Assembly (NCBI RefSeq): GCF_001457595.1
Contig: NZ_LN831039.1
Coordinates: forward strand, 3,330,001 to 3,362,000
Length of the DNA stretch: 32,000 bases
Direction of reading: 5' to 3'
Source: Mycolicibacterium smegmatis
Lineage (GTDB): Bacteria; Actinomycetota; Actinomycetes; Mycobacteriales; Mycobacteriaceae
Position numbers and translations under genes: made by a program. The notes beneath the pieces are model-generated. The model made no database searches and was not told the origin of the DNA. It was given only the letters and a program-made list of their open reading frames with translations. This document shows positions 1 through 9,487 of the stretch, one piece after another (within the stretch, counting starts at the first letter, position 1; the number at the start of each line of letters is the position of its first letter).

Positions 1-380
1 AGCCGGGGGCGCTCATGCACGGCCCGACGTTCATGGCCAACGCCCTGGCGTGCGCGGTGGGGGTCGCGGCCGTGGAGCTGCTGATCGACAGCGACTGGCC
101 CGCGCGGGTCGCCGCGATCGAGGAGGGATTGCGCAGCGGACTGGAGCCCGCGCGTGCCCTACCCGGCGTCGCCGACGTGCGGGTTCTCGGTGCGATCGGC
201 GTGATCGAGATGCGCGAGCCCGTGGACATGCCGCTGGCCACGACCACGGCGCTCGCGCACGGGGTGTGGCTGCGGCCGTTCGGCAAGCTCATCTACGCCA
301 TGCCGCCGTTCATCTGCACGCCCGAGGAGGTCGCACAGATCACCGCGGGCATGGTCGGCGTCGCGCGTGCATTAACCTGA
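1..380 (+). CDS. bioA: Adenosylmethionine-8-amino-7-oxononanoate aminotransferase (BioA), C-terminal fragment; the 5' end lies outside the window
   Basis: The frame is open from the window edge (codon phase 3) to the TGA at 378-380. The C-terminal sequence [14 protein letters not shown]...[23 protein letters not shown] closely resembles the mycobacterial BioA C-terminus. bioF and bioD follow immediately. Confidence 0.93.
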   Translation, partial: PGALMHGPTFMANALACAVGVAAVELLIDSDWPARVAAIEEGLRSGLEPARALPGVADVRVLGAIGVIEMREPVDMPLATTTALAHGVWLRPFGKLIYAMPPFICTPEEVAQITAGMVGVARALT

Positions 381-390
381 ACGGTGTTCA
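378..390. promoter_or_regulatory. BioQ-type operator palindrome TGAACGGTGTTCA, overlapping the bioA stop codon upstream of bioF
   Basis: Perfect TGAAC-N3-GTTCA inverted repeat. The same 13-mer (as its reverse complement) occurs twice in the bioQ-bioB intergenic region. All three copies are preceded by TAACC, so TAACCT forms a TANNNT -10-like hexamer at 373-378. Confidence 0.7.
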
Positions 391-458
391 ATTCGGCGGC
401 TCGTCGCCGGTGTTCAATTCGGCGGCTCGCCGCCGTGTTCAATTGGCGGCTCGCCGCC
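383..458 (+). repeat. Three tandem copies (26, 26 and 24 bp) of GGTGTTCAATTCGGCGGCTCG(T/C)CGCC in the bioA-bioF spacer
   Basis: Read directly: units at 383-408, 409-434 and 435-458. Each unit carries a GTTCA operator half-site and a GGCGG-CTCG-CCGCC-type hairpin. Confidence 0.9.
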
Positions 459-484
459 GACGACAACACCTCTAGGGAGAGCTC

Positions 485-1633
485 GTGACGCGCGCAGGTC
501 TTTCACCGTTGGCCTGGCTGGCCGACATCGAACAACGTCGCCGCGCCGAGGGCCTGCGCCGTGAACTGCGGGTCCGTCCGCCCGTCGCCGCCGAACTGGA
601 CCTGGCGTCCAACGACTATCTGGGCCTGTCGCAGCACCCCGACGTGCTCGACGGCGGCGTCGAGGCATTGCGCACCTGGGGAGGCGGCGCCGGAGGATCA
701 CGCCTGGTCACAGGGAACACCGAGCTGCACGAGGCGTTCGAGCACCAGCTTGCGTCGTTCCTCGGCGCCGAATCGGCCCTGGTCTTTTCGTCGGGCTACA
801 CCGCCAACCTCGGTGCGCTGGTGGCACTGTCCGGGCCGGGATCGCTGATCGTCTCCGACGCGCTGTCGCACGCGTCCCTCGTCGACGCGTGCCGGCTGTC
901 GCGGGCCCGGGTGGTCGTCTCGCCGCACCGCGACGTCGACGCGGTCGACGCGGCGCTGGCCGCGCGCACCGAGGAGCGCGCCGTCGTCGTGACGGAGTCG
1001 GTGTTCAGCGCCGACGGTGATCTGGCCCCGCTGCGCGACCTGCACGCGGTGTGCCGCCGCCACGGCGCGCTGTTGCTCGTCGACGAGGCACACGGTCTCG
1101 GGGTGCGCGGCACGCGCGGTCAGGGCCTGCTGCACGAGGTCGGCCTGGCGGGTGCACCCGACATCGTGATGACCACGACGCTGTCGAAAGCACTGGGCAG
1201 CCAGGGCGGTGCGGTCCTGGGCCCCGAGGCCGTGCGCGCGCACCTCATCGACACCGCGCGCTCGTTCATCTTCGACACCGGCCTGGCGCCGGCCGCCGTC
1301 GGCGCCGCATCGGCCGCGCTGCGGGTGCTCGACGCCGAACCGCAGCGTGCCCGCGCGGTACTCGACCGCGCGGCCGAACTGGCCACGATCGCAGGCGTCA
1401 CCGAAGCGCCCGTCTCCGCGGTGGTGTCGGTGATCCTCGGCGATCCGGAGATCGCGGTGGGCGCCGCGGCGGCCTGCCTCGACCGCGGTGTGCGCGTGGG
1501 CTGCTTCCGCCCGCCCACGGTTCCCGCGGGCACCTCGCGGCTGCGCCTGGCCGCCAGGGCCTCGTTGACCGACGACGAGATGGCACTGGCCCATCAGGTG
1601 CTGACCGACGTGCTCGCCACCGCGCGGGCATGA
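485..1633 (+). CDS. bioF: 8-amino-7-oxononanoate synthase (BioF)
   Basis: 382-aa ORF with a GTG start. It has class-II aminotransferase features, including the PLP-lysine motif [11 protein letters not shown] and DEAHG. It sits between bioA and bioD, and its stop overlaps the bioD ATG (ATGA). Confidence 0.96.
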   Translation: MTRAGLSPLAWLADIEQRRRAEGLRRELRVRPPVAAELDLASNDYLGLSQHPDVLDGGVEALRTWGGGAGGSRLVTGNTELHEAFEHQLASFLGAESALVFSSGYTANLGALVALSGPGSLIVSDALSHASLVDACRLSRARVVVSPHRDVDAVDAALAARTEERAVVVTESVFSADGDLAPLRDLHAVCRRHGALLLVDEAHGLGVRGTRGQGLLHEVGLAGAPDIVMTTTLSKALGSQGGAVLGPEAVRAHLIDTARSFIFDTGLAPAAVGAASAALRVLDAEPQRARAVLDRAAELATIAGVTEAPVSAVVSVILGDPEIAVGAAAACLDRGVRVGCFRPPTVPAGTSRLRLAARASLTDDEMALAHQVLTDVLATARA

Positions 1634-2307
1634 CCGTCCTCGCGGTCACCGGCACCGACACCGGTGTCGGCAAGACAGTGACGACGGCCGCGCTGGCCTG
1701 CGCAGCGCGGTTGGCCCGCCGCGACGTCGCGGTGTGCAAGCCCGTGCAGACCGGGACCATCGACGGCGACGACGATCTGGGCGAGGTGCGCCGCCTGTCG
1801 GGGGTCACCGCGCTGCACGGCGGCTGGCGTTACCCCGAGCCCCTGGCACCGGTCGCCGCTGCGGGGCGCGCCGGTGCGCCGCTGCCCACCCGCACCGAAC
1901 TCGTCGGCTCCGTGCGCGCGGTCGACGCCGCCGGGCGTCTGACCATCGTCGAAGGCGCGGGCGGTCTGCTGGTCGCCCTCGGCGCCGACGGCGTCACGCT
2001 GCGGGATCTCGCGCACGATCTGGGCGCGCAGGTGCTCATCGTGGTGTCCCCGGGCCTGGGCACCCTCAACCACACCGCATTGACCCTCGAAGCGCTTGCC
2101 GCGCACGGTCTTTCGTGTGCCGGCCTGGTGATCGGAGCGTGGCCCGCCGAACCCGGCGTCGCAGAACTGGACAACCGCACCGCCCTCGAGGCGCTCGCGC
2201 CCGTGCGTGCCGTGCTGCCGGCAGGGGCCGGCGCGGCGAGCCCTGAACGCTTCGAGGCGTTGAGCGCGGCGGCGTTTGACGCAGACTGGATCACGAGCCT
2301 GAGCTGA
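1630..2307 (+). CDS. bioD: Dethiobiotin synthetase (BioD)
   Basis: The internal ATG at 1630 of the long ORF 1051-2307 gives [22 protein letters not shown] (a P-loop GxxGxGKT typical of BioD). It forms an ATGA overlap with the bioF stop. The upstream part of the ORF overlaps bioF and is Arg-rich shadow sequence. Confidence 0.94.
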   Translation: MTVLAVTGTDTGVGKTVTTAALACAARLARRDVAVCKPVQTGTIDGDDDLGEVRRLSGVTALHGGWRYPEPLAPVAAAGRAGAPLPTRTELVGSVRAVDAAGRLTIVEGAGGLLVALGADGVTLRDLAHDLGAQVLIVVSPGLGTLNHTALTLEALAAHGLSCAGLVIGAWPAEPGVAELDNRTALEALAPVRAVLPAGAGAASPERFEALSAAAFDADWITSLS

Positions 2308-2331
2308 GGCGTCTGCGGGAGGAGCAAGCGC

Positions 2332-2841
2332 ATGGTGCACTCCGTCGAACTCGTCTTCGACGCCGAGACAGAGGCGACCGTGCGGGCCATCTGGGATGAA
2401 CTGCGCGACGCCGGGATACCCAGCCAGGCCCCCGCGAGCAGGCCGCACGCGACCCTGACCGTCGCCCAGCACATCGACGCCGAGGTCGAACAGATCCTGC
2501 GGCCCGTTGCCGCGCGCCTGCCGCTGCCGTGCCGGTTGGGGGCCACACTCATCTTCGGCCGCTCGGCCGGGGTCCTGGCGCGCCTGCTGCTGCCCTCACC
2601 GGACCTGCTCGACGTGCAGGCCCGGGTGCACCGGGCGTGTGTGCCGTTGATGACGCCTGCGCCCATGCCGCACTCCGAGCCCGGCCAGTGGACCCCGCAC
2701 GTCACCCTGGCGCGCCGCGTCGCCCCGACGCGGCTGGCGACCGCACTGCGGATCGCCGGGCGACCGGCCGAGATCGCCGGCACCGTGATCGGTCTGCGGC
2801 ACTGGAACGGCGACAAGCGCACAGAGCACCCGATCGGGTGA
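2332..2841 (+). CDS. 2H phosphoesterase / 2'-5' RNA ligase (LigT-like) family protein
   Basis: 169 aa with two H-x-T-x motifs (PHATLTV and PHVTLAR) at the spacing typical of the 2H superfamily. A strong SD (GGGAGGAG) lies upstream of the ATG. Confidence 0.75.
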   Translation: MVHSVELVFDAETEATVRAIWDELRDAGIPSQAPASRPHATLTVAQHIDAEVEQILRPVAARLPLPCRLGATLIFGRSAGVLARLLLPSPDLLDVQARVHRACVPLMTPAPMPHSEPGQWTPHVTLARRVAPTRLATALRIAGRPAEIAGTVIGLRHWNGDKRTEHPIG

Positions 2842-2853
2842 CATGCTGGGGGC

Positions 2854-3615
2854 GTGAACCGGCTCGCGATCATCGACGCCGAGTCCCGGCGGTTCGCCGA
2901 GGTGCTGGCCCACACGCCGCCCGACGCACGCTGCCCGACCTGCCCGGACTGGACGGCCGCGGATCTGCTGTGGCATCTGACCGAGGTGCACCTGTTCTGG
3001 GCCGCGGTGCTGTTCCGCAACGTGACAGCAGAGGACGGGGTCGCCGCGGTCGAGCAATCGAAACCGTCGCGGCCCGACTCCGTGGCGGACCTGTTGGCGC
3101 TGCGTGAGGGCGCGACGTCCGTGCTGCTGGCGGAACTGAGCAGGCTGGACGACGCCGAACCGCGGTGGTCGTGGTTCCCATCGGATCAGACGGTCGGCTT
3201 CACGCGGCGGATGCAGACCTACGAGGCGTTGATGCACCGCGTGGACGCCGAACTGGCCGCGGGCCTGCCGATCGGCGCCATTGCCGCCGACGTCGCGGCA
3301 GGTGCGGTCGACCACGCGGTGGACGTCATGTGGGCCTGGCAGCCGGAGGGTTCGCACTTCGAGGGGGCCGCGGTGGTCGAGTTCGTCGCGACCGACACCG
3401 CGCAGCGCTGGCAGGTCGATGTCGGTGCGGCCGGTGACTGGCCGAGCGCGGTTCGCAGCCCGGACACGCAGGTGGTGATTGCCTCGGCGACGGTGCGCGG
3501 CACGGCAGCCGATCTCGCACTGTGGGCGTGGAATCGCGGCGGTTCGGTGGATACCTCCGGTGAGCCCGCGTCGCTTCAAGCGCTGGATGCCGTGGTCGCC
3601 CGCGGTATGCCGTGA
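2854..3615 (+). CDS. DinB-like / mycothiol-dependent maleylpyruvate-isomerase N-terminal domain family protein (actinobacterial conserved hypothetical)
   Basis: 253 aa. The N-terminus (FAEVLAHTPPDA...WTAADLLWHLTEVHLFW) resembles the TIGR03083/MDMPI_N type. GC3-rich codon usage is consistent with the genome. Function is not inferable. Confidence 0.65.
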   Translation: MNRLAIIDAESRRFAEVLAHTPPDARCPTCPDWTAADLLWHLTEVHLFWAAVLFRNVTAEDGVAAVEQSKPSRPDSVADLLALREGATSVLLAELSRLDDAEPRWSWFPSDQTVGFTRRMQTYEALMHRVDAELAAGLPIGAIAADVAAGAVDHAVDVMWAWQPEGSHFEGAAVVEFVATDTAQRWQVDVGAAGDWPSAVRSPDTQVVIASATVRGTAADLALWAWNRGGSVDTSGEPASLQALDAVVARGMP

Positions 3616-4233
3616 CTACTCGAAAGAGCGCTCCGCAGAAGAAAATCCGGTGAATTCACTGCCGCCGCCGTGGGCGGCCAGCCCGTCGACGAGCAACTGC
3701 AGGCCGAAGCGGAACTGGCGGGTGCCGTCGCGGGTGAGCATCGACTGATCGTCACCCAGCGCGCCGACGGCGTCCCACTGCAGCCGGGACTGCTCGTCGA
3801 CGGTGAATCCCAGCACGTAATAGATCACGGTGCGGGCGGCCGCATCGACGTCGGCGTCGCCCACCCCGGCGGCGCGGGCCGCGCGACCCAGCTGCTCCAC
3901 GATCTCGGTGATCACCACCGACTGCCCGGACGCGAAGCTCGCCGACACGAGTTCGGCGCCGTCGGTGTGCGACAACAACGCGTCGCGCAACGCGCGGCAG
4001 GACTCGTGGATCTGTTCGCGCCACGCGAGGTCCGCGGTGTCGGTGCGCGCGGTGCGCAGAATGTGGTCGGCCACTGCCCCCAACAGTTCCTGTTTGTTGG
4101 CGAAATGCCAGTACAGGGCGCCCGGCGTGACGTCGAGCTCGCGCGCCAGGCGCCGCATCGTCAGGTCGGCGATGCCGTGGTCGTCGAGGATCTTCGTCGC
4201 CGCAGCCACCACGTCGGGTTTGTGGAGTTGCAC
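3616..4233 (-). CDS. bioQ: TetR-family biotin-regulon repressor (BioQ)
   Basis: 205 aa with a GTG start. It has an N-terminal TetR helix-turn-helix (LTMRRLARELDVTPGALYWHFANKQELL). It is divergent from bioB, with two TGAAC-N3-GTTCA palindromes in the shared intergenic region. Confidence 0.85.
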   Translation of the reverse strand: MQLHKPDVVAAATKILDDHGIADLTMRRLARELDVTPGALYWHFANKQELLGAVADHILRTARTDTADLAWREQIHESCRALRDALLSHTDGAELVSASFASGQSVVITEIVEQLGRAARAAGVGDADVDAAARTVIYYVLGFTVDEQSRLQWDAVGALGDDQSMLTRDGTRQFRFGLQLLVDGLAAHGGGSEFTGFSSAERSFE

Positions 4234-4248
4234 ACGCTTATCTTAACC

Positions 4249-4261
4249 TGAACACCGTTCA
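4249..4261. promoter_or_regulatory. BioQ-type operator TGAACACCGTTCA, proximal to bioQ
   Basis: Perfect 13-bp palindrome 16 nt upstream of the bioQ GTG. It is part of the 18-bp direct repeat TAACCTGAACACCGTTCA (4244-4261 and 4264-4281). Confidence 0.75.
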
Positions 4262-4268
4262 AGTAACC

Positions 4269-5360
<1,092 letters not shown>

Positions 5361-5366
5361 AACGGG

Positions 5367-5609
5367 GTGGTGATGATCGAGGAAACCCCGGCGCTTCCCG
5401 CGCCCGTCGGTGCCGGCGTCTACAACGTCTACACCGGCGGTCCGGCGGACAGCGCGCTGCCCACGGCCGCGCAACTGGGACTGGAGCCCCCACGGTTCTG
5501 CGCCGAGTGCGGCCGCCGGATGATCGTGCAGGTGCGCCCGGACGGCTGGTGGGCCCAGTGCTCGCGGCACGGGCACGTCGACTCCACCGACCTCGACCCC
5601 CGGCGATGA
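5367..5609 (+). CDS. bsaP: Small Cys/His protein; biotin synthase auxiliary protein (BsaP, Rv1590-like)
   Basis: 80 aa (start GTG 5367, GTG 5370 or ATG 5373), 7 nt after the bioB stop. The conserved core GVYNVYTG...[33 protein letters not shown] (CxxC...CxxH) matches my recollection of Rv1590. Confidence 0.8.
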   Translation: MVMIEETPALPAPVGAGVYNVYTGGPADSALPTAAQLGLEPPRFCAECGRRMIVQVRPDGWWAQCSRHGHVDSTDLDPRR

Positions 5610-6301
5610 GCAAAGACCTCCACATGAGCGTCTCCGACGCGCCGGCCCCGACGGCGCCGAGCAGGCCCGCGGGCGGACCCCGCATCTCCCGGTCGCGCGC
5701 CGCGGTCATCGTGGTGGCGGCACTCGCCGGCGCAGGCGCGCTGCTCGGTGTGGTGTGGTCGGTCCTGGCGCCCCCGATCCACGGCGTGATCGCACTGACC
5801 CGCAGCGGCGACCGGGCGCGGGCATACCTCGGTGCCGAGTCCGACCATTTCTTCACCGCGGCGTTCATGTTCACTGGCCTGCTGGTGGTGCTCGCCGCGG
5901 TCGCCGCGGTGGCGCTGTGGCAGTGGCGCGCGCACCGCGGGCCGGTTCTGGTGACGGCCCTGGTGGCCGGGTGCGCCGCGGCGGCCGGCACCGCGGCCGG
6001 CATCGGGGCCCTGCTGGTGCACGGCCGTTACGGGTCGATCGACGTGGCGAGCGCGCCCGTCACCCCGGAGAACCGCGTGTTCTACGTCGTCGAGGCGCCG
6101 CCGGTGTTCTTCGGGCACACGCCGCTGCAGATCGCGACGACCATCCTGTTCCCGGCCGCGGTCGCGGCGCTGGTGTACGCGCTGATCGCGGTGTCGACGT
6201 CGCGCGACGACCTGGGCGCCTGGCCGCCGGTCGAAACACCGGTCTATCCGCCCGTGAATCCGCACCTGCCGCCCATGGTCACCCCACCGCCGCAGGCCTG
6301 A
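5606..6301 (+). CDS. Integral membrane protein (Rv1591-like, DUF2567-type) with a proline-rich C-terminus
   Basis: The ATG at 5606 forms an ATGA overlap with the upstream stop. Four clear hydrophobic segments are visible ([88 protein letters not shown]). Confidence 0.75.
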   Translation: MSKDLHMSVSDAPAPTAPSRPAGGPRISRSRAAVIVVAALAGAGALLGVVWSVLAPPIHGVIALTRSGDRARAYLGAESDHFFTAAFMFTGLLVVLAAVAAVALWQWRAHRGPVLVTALVAGCAAAAGTAAGIGALLVHGRYGSIDVASAPVTPENRVFYVVEAPPVFFGHTPLQIATTILFPAAVAALVYALIAVSTSRDDLGAWPPVETPVYPPVNPHLPPMVTPPPQA

Positions 6302-6330
6302 CGCTGCAGCGCCGGAAACTGAGAGGGGGC

Positions 6331-7662
6331 TCAGAGGGGGCTGCGCCGCAGCGCGCGTCCGGTGACCACCTTGGCCGCGATACCGGCCAACCGGGCCATC
6401 CCGACGTAGGTGACCGGGTTGAGCAGCGTCGGCCACTTCGACCGCACCAGGTTGGCGGTCAGCGGACGCGCGGCGAAACGGTCGGTCAGCCACCGCAGCG
6501 CCATGGGGGCCGACATGGGGTGCAGCAGCAGATGCTCGCTGAACAGGTCGCGGTGATAGGTCACCGAGGCGCCGCCGGTCAGGTACTTCTCGGCCAGCTC
6601 GTCGATCGAGGAGACCGAGATCAGCTCGTCGTGCACGGCTTGGATCAGCAGCACGGGTGGATTCGGTGTCGCCACACCGAGTTTGATGTCGTCGAAGACC
6701 TCGGTGACCTCGGGGCTGTCGAGGATCTGTTCGAGCGGCAGGTCGACCAGGTCGTCCATGTCCTTGCGCGCCAGCCGCAGCACGGCCTCGATGGTGCTCA
6801 TCTTGTGCAGGCGCTGCAGCAGCTTGCGGCCCTCGGTGGTCGCGTGCTCGGCGATGACCCGATTGAGGCCCGGGTAGATGTCGGCGAGGGCGGCGACGAC
6901 GAGTGCGGGCAGTCCCGAGAACACCGTGCCGTTGAGCCGCCGGAACGTGTGGCCCAGATCGCCGACCGGCGAACCGAGTACGGCGCCGACGATGTTGAGC
7001 TCGGGGGCGTAGGAGCCGCTCATCTCCGCGGCCCAGCCACTTGCCAGACCGCCGCCCGAGTAGCCCCACAGGCCGATGGGCGACGCGTCGGTCAGGGGCA
7101 GGCGCTCGGAGTTCAGCGCGGCACGAAGCCCGTCGAGCACGTGGTACCCGGGTTCGTACGGCGCGCCCCACATGCCGTCGAGGCCTTCGTGGTCGGGCAC
7201 CGAGACGGCCCAGCCCTCGGCCAGCGCCGCGGTGATCAGCAGGAGCTCGAACTGGGCGAGGCCACCGGTGACCTTGGCGTGACGGCGCAGCGCGTACGAC
7301 GGGAAGCACGTGGCCGAGATCGCGTCGATCGCGCACTGGTAGGACACGATCGGGCAGCCCGCGCGCGCGTCGGGCGGCATGATCACCGTGGTGACCGCGG
7401 CCTCGGGAGCGCCGTTGCGATCGGTGGTGCGGTACAGCAGCTGGGTGGCGTGCAGGGCCTGGGGGACCAGCCCGAGGAACGCGAGTTCGACGTCGCGGCT
7501 GCGCAGCACCGTTCCGGGTTCGGCGTGGTGGTAGCCGGCCGGCGGCAGATAGAACGGATCTTCACCGGGGAGCCCCGGCCGCGCGTCGCGGTCGAGTTCC
7601 TCGTGCGGTGCGCGCCCGATCCATTCGGCATCGGCGGCTTTCGCGGCGCTGGACAAGTCCAT
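6331..7662 (-). CDS. Secretory-lipase (LIP) family alpha/beta hydrolase (Rv1592c-like)
   Basis: 443 aa with the nucleophile elbow GLWGYSGGG (GYSGG is typical of the PF03583-type lipase family). Conserved position between the bio and nad clusters. Confidence 0.85.
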   Translation of the reverse strand: MDLSSAAKAADAEWIGRAPHEELDRDARPGLPGEDPFYLPPAGYHHAEPGTVLRSRDVELAFLGLVPQALHATQLLYRTTDRNGAPEAAVTTVIMPPDARAGCPIVSYQCAIDAISATCFPSYALRRHAKVTGGLAQFELLLITAALAEGWAVSVPDHEGLDGMWGAPYEPGYHVLDGLRAALNSERLPLTDASPIGLWGYSGGGLASGWAAEMSGSYAPELNIVGAVLGSPVGDLGHTFRRLNGTVFSGLPALVVAALADIYPGLNRVIAEHATTEGRKLLQRLHKMSTIEAVLRLARKDMDDLVDLPLEQILDSPEVTEVFDDIKLGVATPNPPVLLIQAVHDELISVSSIDELAEKYLTGGASVTYHRDLFSEHLLLHPMSAPMALRWLTDRFAARPLTANLVRSKWPTLLNPVTYVGMARLAGIAAKVVTGRALRRSPL

Positions 7663-7704
7663 CCGGGCATTCTTGCTTAAGAAAGGTCTAAGAGTCCAGC
7701 CGAC

Positions 7705-8397
7705 TCACCCGGGCGGTCGCAACGCAGCGAACTCGTCGGTGACGCGATAACGCGACTCGGTGAACCGGAACAGGGCGGCCGGACGCCCGCCGCTGCGGCC
7801 CGACCGCGCGGTGGTCCCGGTGCGGGTGATCACCTTGCGGCGTTCGAGAACCCGCTGCAGGTTGGTGGCGTCCACCTGGTAGTCCAACGCGGCGCTGTAG
7901 ACATCGCGCAGCGACGAGATGGCGAATTCTTTTGGCGCCAGGGCAAATCCGATATTCGTATAGGAAAGCTTGGCGACCAGCCGGGTGCGGGCGTGTTCGA
8001 CCATGGGCGCGTGGTCGAACGCCATCGGGGGCAGTTCGTGCACCGGATGCCAGCGCGTGTCGTCGGGCAGCGCCGGAGTGGCGGGGGAGGGCACGAGGCC
8101 GAGGAACGTCGAGGCGATGGTGCGTTCACCGGGCACGCGCTTCGGATCGGAGAACACCGCGAGTTGCTCCAGGTGGGCGAGCTCGCGAAGGTCCACCTTC
8201 TCGGCGAGCTGACGCCGCACCGACGTGGTCAGGTCCTCGTCGTCGCGCAGGCGTCCGCCGGGGAGCGACCACTTGTCGCGCTCGGGTTCCAGTGCGCGTT
8301 GCCACAGCAGCACGTTGAGAGACGGTTGACGCGTGTCGAGGTCGCGAACCTGGAACACGACGGCGAGCACTTCGTGGGCGGTGCTACGATTGGGCAT
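7705..8397 (-). CDS. nrtR: Nudix-related transcriptional regulator of NAD synthesis (NrtR; Rv1593c-like)
   Basis: Degenerate Nudix box ([24 protein letters not shown]) plus a C-terminal winged-helix-like region. It is divergent from nadABC. I chose the ATG at 8397 (MPNRST...) because the longer ORF to 8457 would run through the nadA promoter and SD. Confidence 0.82.
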   Translation of the reverse strand: MPNRSTAHEVLAVVFQVRDLDTRQPSLNVLLWQRALEPERDKWSLPGGRLRDDEDLTTSVRRQLAEKVDLRELAHLEQLAVFSDPKRVPGERTIASTFLGLVPSPATPALPDDTRWHPVHELPPMAFDHAPMVEHARTRLVAKLSYTNIGFALAPKEFAISSLRDVYSAALDYQVDATNLQRVLERRKVITRTGTTARSGRSGGRPAALFRFTESRYRVTDEFAALRPPG

Positions 8398-8420
8398 GTT
8401 TTCGATTATAAGTCGAAAAC
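8398..8420. promoter_or_regulatory. Palindrome GTTTTCGA-TTATAAG-TCGAAAAC; candidate NrtR operator overlapping divergent promoters
   Basis: Perfect 8-bp arms read directly. The centre reads TATAAT on the minus strand (8405-8410), 7 nt from the nrtR ATG. It lies 24 nt upstream of the nadA GTG. Confidence 0.65.
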
Positions 8421-8443
8421 CTGAACTCGATGAGGAGGCCACC

Positions 8444-9487
8444 GTGACCGTGCTCAACGGAACGCCCGCAGGGGCCCTCGCGGACCGGATTGTGGACGGC
8501 CCCGGCGGCTATTCGGGCATCGACGGCGACGAGCAGTGGGCCGCGGAAGTGCGCCGGCTCGTCGAGCTGCGCGGCGCGACGCTGCTGGCGCACAACTACC
8601 AGTTGCCTGCCATCCAGGACGTCGCCGATCACGTCGGGGACTCCCTCGCGCTGTCCCGCATCGCGGCCGAGGCGCCCGAGGACACCATCGTGTTCTGCGG
8701 CGTGCACTTCATGGCCGAGACCGCCAAGATCCTCAGCCCCGACAAGACGGTGCTGATCCCGGATCAGCGGGCCGGGTGCTCGCTGGCCGATTCGATCACC
8801 GCCGAGGAACTCCAGGCGTGGAAGGACGACCATCCAGGGGCGGTCGTCGTGTCCTACGTCAACACCACCGCCGCGGTGAAAGCCCTGACCGACATCTGCT
8901 GCACGTCGTCCAACGCCGTCGAGGTCGTGGCGTCCATCCCCGAGGACCGCGAGGTGCTGTTCTGCCCCGACCAGTTCCTCGGCGCCCACGTCCGGCGCGT
9001 CACGGGCCGCAAGAACATGCACGTGTGGGCCGGTGAGTGCCACGTCCACGCCGGCATCAACGGCGACGAACTCGCGGCCCAGGCCCGTTCGCACCCCGAT
9101 GCCGAGCTGTTCGTGCACCCCGAGTGCGGCTGCGCCACGTCGGCGCTGTACCTCGCAGGCGAGGGCGCGGTCCCCGAAGACCGCGTCAAGATCCTGTCGA
9201 CCGGTGGCATGCTCGACGCCGCGCGCGAGACCTCCGCACGCCAGGTCCTGGTCGCCACCGAGATCGGCATGCTGCACCAGTTGCGCAGGGCCGCACCGGA
9301 AGTCGACTTCCTCGCGGTCAACGACCGGGCCTCGTGCACGTACATGAAGATGATCACCCCGGCCGCGTTGCTGCGGTGCCTCGTCGAGGGCGCCGACGAG
9401 GTGCACGTGGACCCGGAGACCGCACGCCTCGGCCGTGCCAGCGTGCAGCGCATGATCGAGATCGGGCAGCCCGGCGGCGGCGAATGA
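8444..9487 (+). CDS. nadA: Quinolinate synthase (NadA)
   Basis: The GTG at 8444 follows GAGGAGG. The product VTVLNG...[53 protein letters not shown] is near-identical to mycobacterial NadA. Confidence 0.96.
   Translation: MTVLNGTPAGALADRIVDGPGGYSGIDGDEQWAAEVRRLVELRGATLLAHNYQLPAIQDVADHVGDSLALSRIAAEAPEDTIVFCGVHFMAETAKILSPDKTVLIPDQRAGCSLADSITAEELQAWKDDHPGAVVVSYVNTTAAVKALTDICCTSSNAVEVVASIPEDREVLFCPDQFLGAHVRRVTGRKNMHVWAGECHVHAGINGDELAAQARSHPDAELFVHPECGCATSALYLAGEGAVPEDRVKILSTGGMLDAARETSARQVLVATEIGMLHQLRRAAPEVDFLAVNDRASCTYMKMITPAALLRCLVEGADEVHVDPETARLGRASVQRMIEIGQPGGGE

Noticed and set aside
383-458. Possibility that the 26-bp tandem repeats are a miniature CRISPR array
   Set aside because: The units are directly abutting with no spacers, there are only three copies, and no cas genes are present in the window.
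6320-6341. Adjacent near-repeat CTGAGAGGGGG / CTCAGAGGGGG at the convergent junction of the membrane and lipase genes
   Set aside because: It has only two short copies, the second lies inside the lipase coding end, and there is no stable hairpin. It is likely coincidental.
5429-7680. Long ORFs 5429-7336 (-) of 635 aa and 5755-7680 (+) of 641 aa
   Set aside because: They overlap or are antisense to the bsaP, membrane and lipase genes, which have real motifs (GYSGG) and sensible hydrophobic segments. The translations are Arg/Pro/Gly-rich shadow sequence.
8398-8457. N-terminal 20-codon extension of the nrtR ORF ([20 protein letters not shown])
   Set aside because: It would place coding sequence across the palindrome and the nadA SD and start. 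The internal ATG at 8397 has leaderless-type promoter geometry, and the conserved Nudix domain begins soon after it.
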